Source of the DNA: an uncultured Candidatus Saccharibacteria bacterium
GTDB taxonomy: Bacteria; Patescibacteriota; UBA1384; XYA2-FULL-43-10; 1-14-0-10-43-13
NCBI GenBank assembly: GCA_964543385.1
Contig: CAZIYE010000001.1
Location: forward strand, 390,001 to 422,000
Reading direction: 5' to 3'
DNA length: 32,000 nucleotides
Under the pieces are notes generated by a model. The model had not been told where the DNA came from. It made no database searches and worked only from the letters and a program-made list of their open reading frames with translations. Positions within the stretch are counted from its first letter, which is position 1; the number at the start of each line of letters is the position of its first letter. The position numbers were made by a program, and so were the translations under genes. This document shows positions 1 through 9,529 of the stretch, in pieces.

Positions 1-398
1 TTTTCCGCTCAGGCAACGCTGATCTAAATATGACGCTGGCTTTGGCTATCATTACCGTACTGGCTATTCAAATTTTCGGCATTGCAGCTATTGGTGTATT
101 CAAATACGGCAAAAAATTCATTAATTTCTCAAATCCAATTAACTTTGTTGTCGGTATTCTAGAATTAATTGGTGAAGTTTCTAGAATTATCTCTTTCTCC
201 TTTCGTCTTTTCGGCAACGTATTCGCTGGTGAGGTTTTATTAACTGTTATCGCATTCATCGTACCTTTTATTGCCCCACTACCTTTTTACGGCCTAGAGA
301 TTTTTGTCGGCTTCATCCAGGCTCTTGTTTTCACAATGCTTACTTTAGTATTCATCAAATCAGCTATTACTGATCATGAAGCAGAACATGCACATTAG
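1..398 (+). CDS. atpB: F0F1 ATP synthase subunit a, 3' portion (gene starts before the window)
   Basis: Frame open from the window edge (FRSGNADLNMTLALAII...); conserved 'SFSFRLFGNVFAGEVLL' and 'LPFYGLEIFVGFIQALVFTMLTLVFI' typical of subunit a; followed by atpE. Confidence 0.96.
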   Translation, partial: FRSGNADLNMTLALAIITVLAIQIFGIAAIGVFKYGKKFINFSNPINFVVGILELIGEVSRIISFSFRLFGNVFAGEVLLTVIAFIVPFIAPLPFYGLEIFVGFIQALVFTMLTLVFIKSAITDHEAEHAH

Positions 399-413
399 AA
401 ATTAATAATATAA

Positions 414-665
<252 letters not shown>

Positions 666-679
666 TAGAACGTAGATTG

Positions 680-717
680 GTAGAATGTAGACTGGTTTTA
701 GCCTTTCTACCTTCTAC
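680..717 (+). repeat. Imperfect inverted repeat in the atpE-atpF spacer
   Basis: GTAGAATGTAGA (680-691) pairs with TCTACCTTCTAC (706-717), 11 of 12 positions. A near-direct copy GTAGAACGTAGATTGG lies at 665-680. Confidence 0.7.
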
Positions 718-745
718 TTTCCACTTTCTACATTAAGGAGAAACA

Positions 746-1228
746 ATGGAATCACTTGGAATAGATTTAAAACTTTTAATCGCACAGGCTATAAACTTTA
801 TTATCGTCATGCTTTTACTTTGGAAATTTGCTTACACACCTATTCTAAAAATGTTAAATGATCGCAAAGACAAGATTGCCAAAGGATTGGATGATGCTTC
901 TGCCGCAGCTAAGAGTCTTCAGAAGGCAAAAGGCGAAAGTGATAAGATCCAAGAGAAAGCTTTCTCTGATGCAAATGAAATAATAAAAAACGCCAAAGAG
1001 GCAGCAAATGCCGAGGCCCTGCTTATATTGGACAAAGCGAATAGCCAGGCAGATAGAATTATAAAATCAGCAAAAGAAGAAGCTTCTTCACTGAAAGACA
1101 AGACAATGGCTAGCGCCAAGAAGGAAATTTCCGACGTTGTTATCATGGCTTTAGACAAAATTGTAAATGATGAATTAACAAAAGAGCAAAAGGTAAAATT
1201 AACCAGCAAAGCAATTGCCGAATTATAA
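746..1228 (+). CDS. atpF: F0F1 ATP synthase subunit b
   Basis: N-terminal TM (LLIAQAINFIIVMLLLWKFAYTPILKML) followed by a long charged coiled-coil; position in operon. Confidence 0.95.
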   Translation: MESLGIDLKLLIAQAINFIIVMLLLWKFAYTPILKMLNDRKDKIAKGLDDASAAAKSLQKAKGESDKIQEKAFSDANEIIKNAKEAANAEALLILDKANSQADRIIKSAKEEASSLKDKTMASAKKEISDVVIMALDKIVNDELTKEQKVKLTSKAIAEL

Positions 1229-1281
1229 TGATCATTAATTGTTTATTTGTATATTAGTCTAATTAGTAATCTGTTATTCCC

Positions 1282-1677
1282 ATGAAGATAAAGCCTCAAC
1301 AATATGCTCAAATGCTCATTGAGAGCGTCACTGAAAAGTCCGATCTAAAAAAGATTGCTGCTTCCCTGTGGCATTCCCTCCAGAAAAACAAGCAATACCG
1401 AGACCTACCAAAAATATTGGAGTTAATCGATGAGGAATTCGCTAAGAAAAATAAGCTTACTCTAGCAAAAGTTTATTCTGAGGATAGATTGAGTGAAACC
1501 GAAATCGAAAATATCCGAAAAAAACTAGAGTTAGAAAATTCCAATATTCAATATTCAATATTCAATATTCAAAAAAAGAATCTGGTTGGCGGGATCACAG
1601 TCAAAATTGAAGATAAAATCATAGACTTGAGTGTTACAGATAGAATTAACAAATTAAAACAACAATTGAACAACTAA
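1282..1677 (+). CDS. atpH: F0F1 ATP synthase subunit delta (short form)
   Basis: 131 aa; C-terminal 'NLVGGITVKIEDKIIDLSVTDRINKLKQQL' matches the delta-subunit signature; located between atpF and atpA. Confidence 0.9.
   Translation: MKIKPQQYAQMLIESVTEKSDLKKIAASLWHSLQKNKQYRDLPKILELIDEEFAKKNKLTLAKVYSEDRLSETEIENIRKKLELENSNIQYSIFNIQKKNLVGGITVKIEDKIIDLSVTDRINKLKQQLNN
1543..1570 (+). repeat. 7-bp tandem repeat (AATATTC) x4 inside atpH
   Basis: Read directly: AATATTCAATATTCAATATTCAATATTC. Confidence 0.97.
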
Positions 1678-1695
1678 TAATATCTTTGGAATAAC

Positions 1696-3243
1696 ATGAG
1701 TACAAACATCATCGAGGAATTGAAAAAAGAAATTTTGGATTTTGATGCCAAAGCGAAAAGTGATACTTTTGGGGAAATAGCCGAGATTGGCGACGGTATT
1801 GCTAAAATTTATGGACTCAAGGAGGCAAAATCAGGAGAACTTCTCAATATCGAAACAAAAGATGGCATAGTCACCGCTATGGCCTTGAATCTTGAGGAAG
1901 CATCTATCGGTGCTATCGTCTTGGGTAATTATAAAAATATAATGGCCGGAGACAAAGTAAAGTGCACAGGTGAAATTGCTAAAGTTGATGTTTCAGAGGA
2001 CATCATCGGACGAGTTGTAAATCCTTTAGGATTTCCTATCGATGACAAGGGTAAAATCAAAGCAGATAAATCAATGCCTATCGAAAAAGTTGCTCCTGGC
2101 GTTATTACCAGACAATCAGTTTCCGTGCCTCTTCAAACTGGCTTAAAGGCTATTGATGCCTTGATCCCTATTGGCCGAGGGCAGCGCGAGCTTATTATTG
2201 GTGATCGTGGGACCGGCAAAACAGCTATCGCGATTGACACTATCATCAATCAAAAAGACCTGCCAAAAGAAAAACGACCTATTTGTATTTATGTTGCTAT
2301 TGGACAGAAGAAATCTAAAGTTGCCCGCATCATGGCAAAATTAGAAGAGGTCGGGGCGATGGAATATACAATCATCGTCTTGGCCGGCGCCTCTGACCCT
2401 GCCTCACTTTCATATATTGCACCGTATACTGGCTGCGCTATTGGCGAATATTTTATGGAAAAAGGCATGGATGTTCTCATCGTTTTTGATGACCTAACCA
2501 AACAAGCTTGGGCCTATAGACAGGTATCCCTCCTTCTTCGCCGACCCCCTGGACGCGAAGCTTATCCTGGCGACGTCTTTTATCTCCATTCTAGATTACT
2601 AGAAAGATCAGCCAGATTAAATAAAGACTTTGGTGGCGGTTCGATGACCGCTCTTCCAATTATCGAAACTCAAGCTGGTGATGTCTCTGCCTATATTCCA
2701 ACAAATGTAATTTCTATCACTGACGGTCAAATCTTCCTAGAATCAGATCTCTTCTACCAGGGCATCAGGCCAGCTCTAAACATCGGCATCTCCGTTTCTC
2801 GTGTTGGTGGCGCTGCCCAGATCAAAGCAATGAAAAAAGTAGCGGGTAAACTAAAGCTTATGATGGCTCAATATCGTGAGCTTGCCGCTTTTGCCCAATT
2901 TGCCTCCGATCTTGATGCCGAAACAAAGAAAACTATCGAACGCGGCAAGAGAATCACAGAGGTTATGAAACAACCACAATACATGCCGATGCCCGTGGAG
3001 GAGCAGGTAGTAATATTATACGCCGTCAACAATGGTTACCTTGACAACTATGAGGTTTCAAAAATTGTTGATATTGAGAAAGAGATCCTAACTAAGGCGA
3101 AGACAGGTATTAAAGATATCCTCACAAATATCCGAGAGACAGGCGAACTTTCCGACAAAGACGAGAGAAAACTTCAGGAGTTTCTTGAGAAAAATACAAA
3201 AACGGTAGAGGCAGAGATAAAGGTTCAAGAAGAAATAAAATAA
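1696..3243 (+). CDS. atpA: F0F1 ATP synthase subunit alpha
   Basis: 515 aa; Walker A 'GDRGTGKT', '[26 protein letters not shown]', '[26 protein letters not shown]'. Confidence 0.99.
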   Translation: MSTNIIEELKKEILDFDAKAKSDTFGEIAEIGDGIAKIYGLKEAKSGELLNIETKDGIVTAMALNLEEASIGAIVLGNYKNIMAGDKVKCTGEIAKVDVSEDIIGRVVNPLGFPIDDKGKIKADKSMPIEKVAPGVITRQSVSVPLQTGLKAIDALIPIGRGQRELIIGDRGTGKTAIAIDTIINQKDLPKEKRPICIYVAIGQKKSKVARIMAKLEEVGAMEYTIIVLAGASDPASLSYIAPYTGCAIGEYFMEKGMDVLIVFDDLTKQAWAYRQVSLLLRRPPGREAYPGDVFYLHSRLLERSARLNKDFGGGSMTALPIIETQAGDVSAYIPTNVISITDGQIFLESDLFYQGIRPALNIGISVSRVGGAAQIKAMKKVAGKLKLMMAQYRELAAFAQFASDLDAETKKTIERGKRITEVMKQPQYMPMPVEEQVVILYAVNNGYLDNYEVSKIVDIEKEILTKAKTGIKDILTNIRETGELSDKDERKLQEFLEKNTKTVEAEIKVQEEIK

Positions 3244-3259
3244 ACATCGAATAAAGAAA

Positions 3260-4171
3260 ATGGCTTCAACACAAGAATTCAGACGCCGAATCAAATCGGT
3301 CAATAATACAAAACAAATTACCAAAGCAATGGAAATGATCGCCTCTATTAAGATGCAAAAGGCAACTCGTTTTGCTGCAATGGCTAGAAGCTACACCCAA
3401 AACGCTTGGAATATGCTTTTAAAGCTTGCAACAATTGTACTGCCAGAGGCACATCCCCTATTGAATCCAAGAGAAGTAAGGAGAACAGCGGTAGTCTTAT
3501 TGACTTCAGATCGTGGACTTTGTGGTTCATATAATTCGGAAGTACTGAAAAAATTTGTTGCATTCGAAAAGGAACAATGCGCCTGCAATCAAAAAAGTTG
3601 CGGTGAATTTGTAGGAAATTGTGATGTAATTACTATCGGTAAAAAGGGCGCGGAATTCACCAAAAGATATAAAACAGGCAAACTAATCGCTGAATTCCCC
3701 GGCTTCGAAAATAATATTCAGGCAGAAGATGTTATGCCTATCTCCAAAATGACAAGCGATGAATACCTAGCCGGCAAATATGACCGAGTAGTAGTTATTT
3801 ACTCTCATTTTGAATCATCACTAAAACAAATACCGGTCGTCAAACAGATTTTACCTATATCAAACGACCATATTGATAAACCAGAAATATGGACACAAAC
3901 CGATGAGGCTGAGACCGAATACAAATTTGAGCCAAGCCCAGATGACGTTCTAGAAGGAATACTTAAGCAATTTCTGAGAGTTCAAATATACGGCGCAATC
4001 CTAGAGGCCAATGCCTCAGAACATTCTGCCCGTATGGTAGCAATGAAAAATGCTACTGACAGCGCTGGTGATCTGATAGATGAGCTCAAACTGGTATACA
4101 ACGCTGTCCGCCAAGGCTCAATCACTCGTGAAATTGCTGAGATATCTGGCGCAGCGGAAGCAATGAAGTAG
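3260..4171 (+). CDS. atpG: F0F1 ATP synthase subunit gamma
   Basis: N-term 'STQEFRRRIKSVNNTKQITKAMEMIASIKMQKA' and C-term 'RNATDSAGDLI...YNAVRQGSITREIAEISGAAEA'-type signature; between atpA and atpD. Confidence 0.98.
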   Translation: MASTQEFRRRIKSVNNTKQITKAMEMIASIKMQKATRFAAMARSYTQNAWNMLLKLATIVLPEAHPLLNPREVRRTAVVLLTSDRGLCGSYNSEVLKKFVAFEKEQCACNQKSCGEFVGNCDVITIGKKGAEFTKRYKTGKLIAEFPGFENNIQAEDVMPISKMTSDEYLAGKYDRVVVIYSHFESSLKQIPVVKQILPISNDHIDKPEIWTQTDEAETEYKFEPSPDDVLEGILKQFLRVQIYGAILEANASEHSARMVAMKNATDSAGDLIDELKLVYNAVRQGSITREIAEISGAAEAMK

Positions 4172-4379
4172 CACATTTAAAAAAACCAGGCCGCCACTTA
4201 CTTGATTTCGGCGGCAGCCTGGAGATGGGAAGGCGGGACCATTCCTCGTCTTCATCGGAGACGAACTCGTGTTCGTCGCTACGGCCGAGGGGCCGTGTCT
4301 GTTGCCCTTGCTTCGGGCAATCGGCGGTATCCATGCAGGAGCACGGACACAGATCATCATCGCGGCCACAGTCGGCCAT
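4122..4379 (-). CDS. Small Cys/acidic-rich protein of unknown function, antisense to the atp operon (GC-rich cassette 1)
   Basis: Start ATG at 4379 preceded by AAAAGGGGGACACCACT; GC-rich codons; MADCGRDDDLCPCSCMDTADCPKQGQQTRPLGR.... The ORF runs through the terminator-like hairpin, so the 3' end of the real product is uncertain. Confidence 0.42.
   Translation of the reverse strand: MADCGRDDDLCPCSCMDTADCPKQGQQTRPLGRSDEHEFVSDEDEEWSRLPISRLPPKSSKWRPGFFKCATSLLPLRQISQQFHE
4170..4224 (-). terminator. Orientation-specific intrinsic terminator for the minus-strand cassette
   Basis: Minus strand reads CCAGGCTGCCGCCGAAATCAAGTAAGTGGCGGCCTGGTTTTTTT. The T-tract exists only in the minus-strand direction. 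Confidence 0.75.
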
Positions 4380-4427
4380 AGTGGTGTCCCCCTTTTCGAA
4401 ACGTTGTCCGGAAACCGGATGGGAGAT

Positions 4428-4456
4428 ACAATAAAATAAATTAGTTAATATGTCAA
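4428..4456 (-). promoter_or_regulatory. Predicted sigma70-like promoter for cassette 1
   Basis: Minus strand TTGACA (4456-4451), 17-nt spacer, TATTGT (4433-4428); followed by hairpin TCCGG-TTT-CCGGA (4419-4407) and a G-rich RBS. Confidence 0.55.
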
Positions 4457-4467
4457 TAAGGAGATAG

Positions 4468-5832
<1,365 letters not shown>

Positions 5833-5836
5833 GAAT

Positions 5837-5882
5837 CCCATCCAAAGTGTATCGGCCGAAACCGATCGACCCTAAGGATGGG
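5837..5882 (-). terminator. Nested inverted repeats, possible terminator of the minus-strand cassette 2
   Basis: Outer CCCATCC (5837-5843) / GGATGGG (5876-5882); inner ATCGG (5851-5855) / CCGAT (5862-5866). In the minus direction it is followed by ATTCCTATTTT; there is no T-tract in the + direction. Confidence 0.4.
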
Positions 5883-5908
5883 CGGAATTGTATGGCTGTT
5901 CCCCTTCA

Positions 5909-6118
5909 TTACTTCTTCTTTGGCCCTTTTGGCGGAACCGAAGGAAGATGTATCTTCGAGAAGCATCCAAGCCGTGCCATGATGATGATAACCATCACTA
6001 TTACGGCTACTGCCGGAGTAATTGCGCAGGCAAGTCCCATCTTTAGATAGATCAAGATAGCCTCCGCTATCGCGGCCATGCCAAGCGTAATCAGCAAGTC
6101 TCTGAGAATCGGATCCAT
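5909..6118 (-). CDS. Small (69 aa) predicted two-TM membrane protein, antisense between atpD and atpC (GC-rich cassette 2)
   Basis: ATG at 6118 preceded by GGGGGGTGAAACC; MDPILRDLLITLGMAAIAEAILIYLKMGLACAITPAVAVIVMVIIIMARLGCFSK... has two hydrophobic stretches and a basic tail. Confidence 0.6.
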   Translation of the reverse strand: MDPILRDLLITLGMAAIAEAILIYLKMGLACAITPAVAVIVMVIIIMARLGCFSKIHLPSVPPKGPKKK

Positions 6119-6167
6119 GGTTTCACCCCCCATTCGTTTCCAGTAAAGTAGTGTCAACCTTGCTTGT

Positions 6168-6196
6168 TTTATATCATTAATAAATTAGCATTTCAA
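6168..6196 (-). promoter_or_regulatory. Predicted sigma70-like promoter for cassette 2, abutting the atpC start
   Basis: Minus strand TTGAAA (6196-6191), 17-nt spacer, TATAAA (6173-6168). Confidence 0.6.
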
Positions 6197-6616
6197 ATGA
6201 AAACAAATTTCAACTTAAAAATCATCGCCCCTGATGGCGTCAAATATGAGGAAGAGGCCACCGAAATTAGCCTTCCGACTCCAGATGGCTATATTACCAT
6301 CCTGCCAAATCATATGCCTCTAATAGCACTATTAAAGCCAGGCGAGATTATCATCAAGAACGGTTCGAAAATCCATGAGCTAGCAACCGAGGGCGGTATT
6401 GTAGAAATCTCGAATAACCTAGTTAAAATCTTGGCTGATACAGCTGAAGAGGTCAATAATCTTAACGAACTAAGAATTATTGAGGCCAAAAAAGCCGCCG
6501 AAGAGAGATTAAAAAATGCCAAGGATGATGTTGAGTTTGCCGATGCAGCCGCTCATTTAGAAAAACAATTAGCAAAGCTAAGTATCCTTAACAAACGCAG
6601 AAAAAAATACCGCTAA
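6197..6616 (+). CDS. atpC: F0F1 ATP synthase subunit epsilon
   Basis: MKTNFNLKIIAPDGVKYEEEATEISLPTPDGYITILPNHMPLIALLKPGEIII; the start is probably ATG 6197 rather than the longer ORF at 6164. Confidence 0.95.
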   Translation: MKTNFNLKIIAPDGVKYEEEATEISLPTPDGYITILPNHMPLIALLKPGEIIIKNGSKIHELATEGGIVEISNNLVKILADTAEEVNNLNELRIIEAKKAAEERLKNAKDDVEFADAAAHLEKQLAKLSILNKRRKKYR

Positions 6617-6934
6617 CTAATCTCTTCTGTCTTTGCCTTTGTTCGGGATTAAAAACCGAATTATTGCAGCAATTATATACGCAATAACCGCGTAAATGAC
6701 TATGGCAATTAATGTTGTGATCTCGAAAACAAAACCGCCTTCTACCACAGGAGAAGGAAAAATGCCTATGAATGGATAAAGTAGAGGCGAAGTCACATCA
6801 TAAATCCAGTCAGCAAAAGGTGCGGCTAGATTAGCGCCAAACAATCTTAATAGAAACCTAACCAACAACAATAAGATCGCTATTCCGAAAACAAGATTAA
6901 CAATAAAAATTAAAATTCTTGATATTGTATTCAT
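6617..6934 (-). CDS. YggT family membrane protein
   Basis: Hydrophobic 105 aa protein with 'LLLLVRFLLRLFGANLAAPFADWIYDVTSPLLYPFIGIFPSP'. Confidence 0.75.
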   Translation of the reverse strand: MNTISRILIFIVNLVFGIAILLLLVRFLLRLFGANLAAPFADWIYDVTSPLLYPFIGIFPSPVVEGGFVFEITTLIAIVIYAVIAYIIAAIIRFLIPNKGKDRRD

Positions 6935-7009
6935 AAGATAATCTTATGAGTGATCAAACAAGAAATATATATAATAATTTCTAGCTATTTAGAAATGATT
7001 AAAAATGTC

Positions 7010-7603
7010 TTATGATTGTCTCGCCCGAAGTCTTTCTTGGGCAGCTAAAAGATGGTTTTTTTTCGCCTCTAAATAGGCAACCATGCCTTTTCTTCGTGAT
7101 TCATGAATTGAATCTGGATGACTCAAAGTGAATTCAATAGATTCAAGATTTTTTTTGATATAGTCGTTAACTGGACCAGGAGGAATAGACTCCTCAAATT
7201 TATCAAGAAACGCGCCGTAAGAACGTTCAATTTTTTTAAACGCTTGTGGTTGTGCTTCTGGAATACCAATATTACGTTGTTCAGCTTCTAAAGCCTCACT
7301 AAAATCTTTGCTAGCGGCACCAACTCCTTCAATCAGATCTTTTACTCGAGGATCATTTACTTTATCTGGTTCACCAAAAAACTCAGTGACCATTCTGCTT
7401 GGACTTACTCCAACATCCCACATACTAGTTCTTTCACCCGAGGCCTCACGGGGATAACTCAGCATCCTTCTTGCCTCTGTCCAGTCCTCACCATTTACGG
7501 CCTCCTGAAACTCCGAGAACGTGCCTCTCTCAACAACCTGGGCCAGAAAAGGATTATCAACTCCTTTTGGCCGTTCTTCAATCCCATTTTCTTCTTCTAT
7601 CAT
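7010..7603 (-). CDS. Hypothetical protein, hydrophilic, 197 aa
   Basis: Long single ORF in an otherwise empty interval; no recognised family. Confidence 0.65.
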   Translation of the reverse strand: MIEEENGIEERPKGVDNPFLAQVVERGTFSEFQEAVNGEDWTEARRMLSYPREASGERTSMWDVGVSPSRMVTEFFGEPDKVNDPRVKDLIEGVGAASKDFSEALEAEQRNIGIPEAQPQAFKKIERSYGAFLDKFEESIPPGPVNDYIKKNLESIEFTLSHPDSIHESRRKGMVAYLEAKKNHLLAAQERLRARQS

Positions 7604-7633
7604 TGAATCCTCCCATTTTAATGTAGTTTTATT

Positions 7634-9409
7634 CTACTTTACTGTCACACTCTTTGCCAGATTTCTTGGTTTATCAGGATCAAGATTCTTCTCAAGTGCA
7701 ATATAGTATGCAAGGATCTGACCGTATAAGATTGCGGAGATTCCAGTGTAAATTCCGCTATCAGCCGCAGGAAGGTAGGTATCGAAAACAGTATTATTCT
7801 CAAAAGAAATTCCAATAACATCGGCTCCACGAGCCTTTACCTCCATCGCATTGGAGATAATCTCTTTCTCCGACCCATCCTTCGCCACGAAGACCAAAAC
7901 AGGTACTCCTGTCTCTATGAGAGCAATTGGACCATGTTTTAAATCTCCTCCGGCATAACCCTCTGCATGGATGTAAGAAACTTCTTTTATCTTAAGACAG
8001 GCTTCCAATGAAGTTGGGTAATTTATTCCCCTACCAATAGCATAAATATTTGGCACGCTTGATAATTTTTTAGCAACATTTTTTATTTTCAAAAGGCTCT
8101 TTTTGTCTAGAATATTCTCAATGTCACTTTTTAACTCGCGAAGCACTTTTTTGCCGTCTCCGATGTTATCGCTGAGCGCAAAAGAGAGCATTGTAAACAT
8201 CCCAAGCTGAGAAACATAGGCTTTTGTAGATAGAACACAGATCTCCGGTCCTGCTTTGGTGATTATCGAATAGTCAGCTACCCTCATCAGAGTCGATCCC
8301 ATCACATTTACTAGTGCTAATATCTTAGCTCCACCTGCTTTGGCAATTTTTACTGCCTCCAAAACATCAGCCGTTTCACCACTTTGAGAAACAGTGATTA
8401 TCAAATCATTTTTATTAACAAACTGAGCAAAATATGGGAACTCTGCTGCTGATATAGGCCTCAAATTTATTCCATTATTTTTTGCAAAAATATAACTACC
8501 ATACATAGCTGCATGAAGAGCCGTACCGCAAGCTACAACGTAGATAGTCCTTGCTTTTCTTATCATCGCAATTGCCTGGTCAAGATCAGCCGAAGCTGTT
8601 GCAATCGTTTTTTCGAGAACCATTGGCTGCTCGCTCATTTCCTTGATCATAAAATTCGGAAATCCGCCCTTCTCTGCTTCGTCGAACGTCCATTCTATCT
8701 TCGTGACTTTCTTTACTACTTTTTTCCCAGTTTGAACATCAAAAATCTCGTAACCACTAGAATCAGCCGCTACCATTTCCATATCATCAAGGAATATAAC
8801 CTTGTCCGTATATTTTAAGAAAGCAGGTACATCTGAGGCTAAAAAGTTCTCCTTTTCGCCGATACCAAATACCAAAGGACTACCCTTTCGAGCGCCAATC
8901 ATTACATTACTATCCTGATCTATAATTGCTAATGCATAATTTCCTTCAAGATAGCCTAGAACACTTTTTACTGCATCACTCAGGGTTTTGCCCTTATCCA
9001 ACTCAAGTTCTATGGCATGTGGCACTACCTCTGTATCGGTTTGAGACAGGAATTGAATGCCTTTTGCCTCAAGATCACGACGCAACTCCTGATAATTCTC
9101 GATAATTCCATTATGAACGACTGCTATCCTCTTGCTCTTAGAAAAATGTGGATGGGAATTTATCTCTGTGACTCCCCCATGAGTTGCCCAACGGGTATGG
9201 CCGATGGCAATGCCACTAGAAAAATTGGGTAATTCCTTTTTGAGATCAAAGGAACCGATCTTGCCTACCTGTTTATGAATGTCGAGCTTATCTCCTTTTT
9301 TTATTGCAATCCCCCAGGAGTCATAACCACGATACTCGAGTTTTTTGAGCCCTTCAAAAACTATATTTGCACCATCTTGCTTACCAATGTAACCAACAAT
9401 TCCACACAT
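7634..9409 (-). CDS. glmS: Glutamine--fructose-6-phosphate aminotransferase (isomerizing)
   Basis: MCGIVGYIG N-terminal Ntn glutamine amidotransferase; 'GHTRWATHG'; two SIS domains ('VACGTALHAAMYGSYIF', 'SQSGETADV'); C-term 'DPDKPRNLAKSVTVK'. Confidence 0.98.
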   Translation of the reverse strand: MCGIVGYIGKQDGANIVFEGLKKLEYRGYDSWGIAIKKGDKLDIHKQVGKIGSFDLKKELPNFSSGIAIGHTRWATHGGVTEINSHPHFSKSKRIAVVHNGIIENYQELRRDLEAKGIQFLSQTDTEVVPHAIELELDKGKTLSDAVKSVLGYLEGNYALAIIDQDSNVMIGARKGSPLVFGIGEKENFLASDVPAFLKYTDKVIFLDDMEMVAADSSGYEIFDVQTGKKVVKKVTKIEWTFDEAEKGGFPNFMIKEMSEQPMVLEKTIATASADLDQAIAMIRKARTIYVVACGTALHAAMYGSYIFAKNNGINLRPISAAEFPYFAQFVNKNDLIITVSQSGETADVLEAVKIAKAGGAKILALVNVMGSTLMRVADYSIITKAGPEICVLSTKAYVSQLGMFTMLSFALSDNIGDGKKVLRELKSDIENILDKKSLLKIKNVAKKLSSVPNIYAIGRGINYPTSLEACLKIKEVSYIHAEGYAGGDLKHGPIALIETGVPVLVFVAKDGSEKEIISNAMEVKARGADVIGISFENNTVFDTYLPAADSGIYTGISAILYGQILAYYIALEKNLDPDKPRNLAKSVTVK

Positions 9410-9529
9410 AGTTACCTCCGGTTAATATGCATTATTCTATCAATATAGTCTTTAATAGAAAAGCGGATAATACAAAATACTAGAGATATGAAAATCTCCG
9501 TGTTTTGATCCGTGCAAAAATTGTTGCGC

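Noticed and set aside
4225-4434. + strand ORF (69 aa, MGRRDHSSSSSETNS...) in the atpG-atpD island
   Set aside because: Low-complexity Ser/Arg-rich translation, poor RBS spacing, and all promoter, RBS and terminator signals point to the minus strand. Not fully excluded.
5847-6050. + strand ORF (67 aa) in the atpD-atpC island
   Set aside because: Non-ATG start inside an inverted repeat and 'MMMITITITATA' low-complexity translation; the minus-strand TM protein with promoter and RBS is the better model.
6152-6157. TTGACA on the minus strand as -35 of the cassette 2 gene
   Set aside because: No acceptable -10 at 16-18 nt (sequence is AATGGG); the TTGAAA-17-TATAAA pair just upstream fits much better.
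8513-8818. 101-aa + strand ORF inside glmS
   Set aside because: Antisense shadow of a confidently assigned conserved gene.
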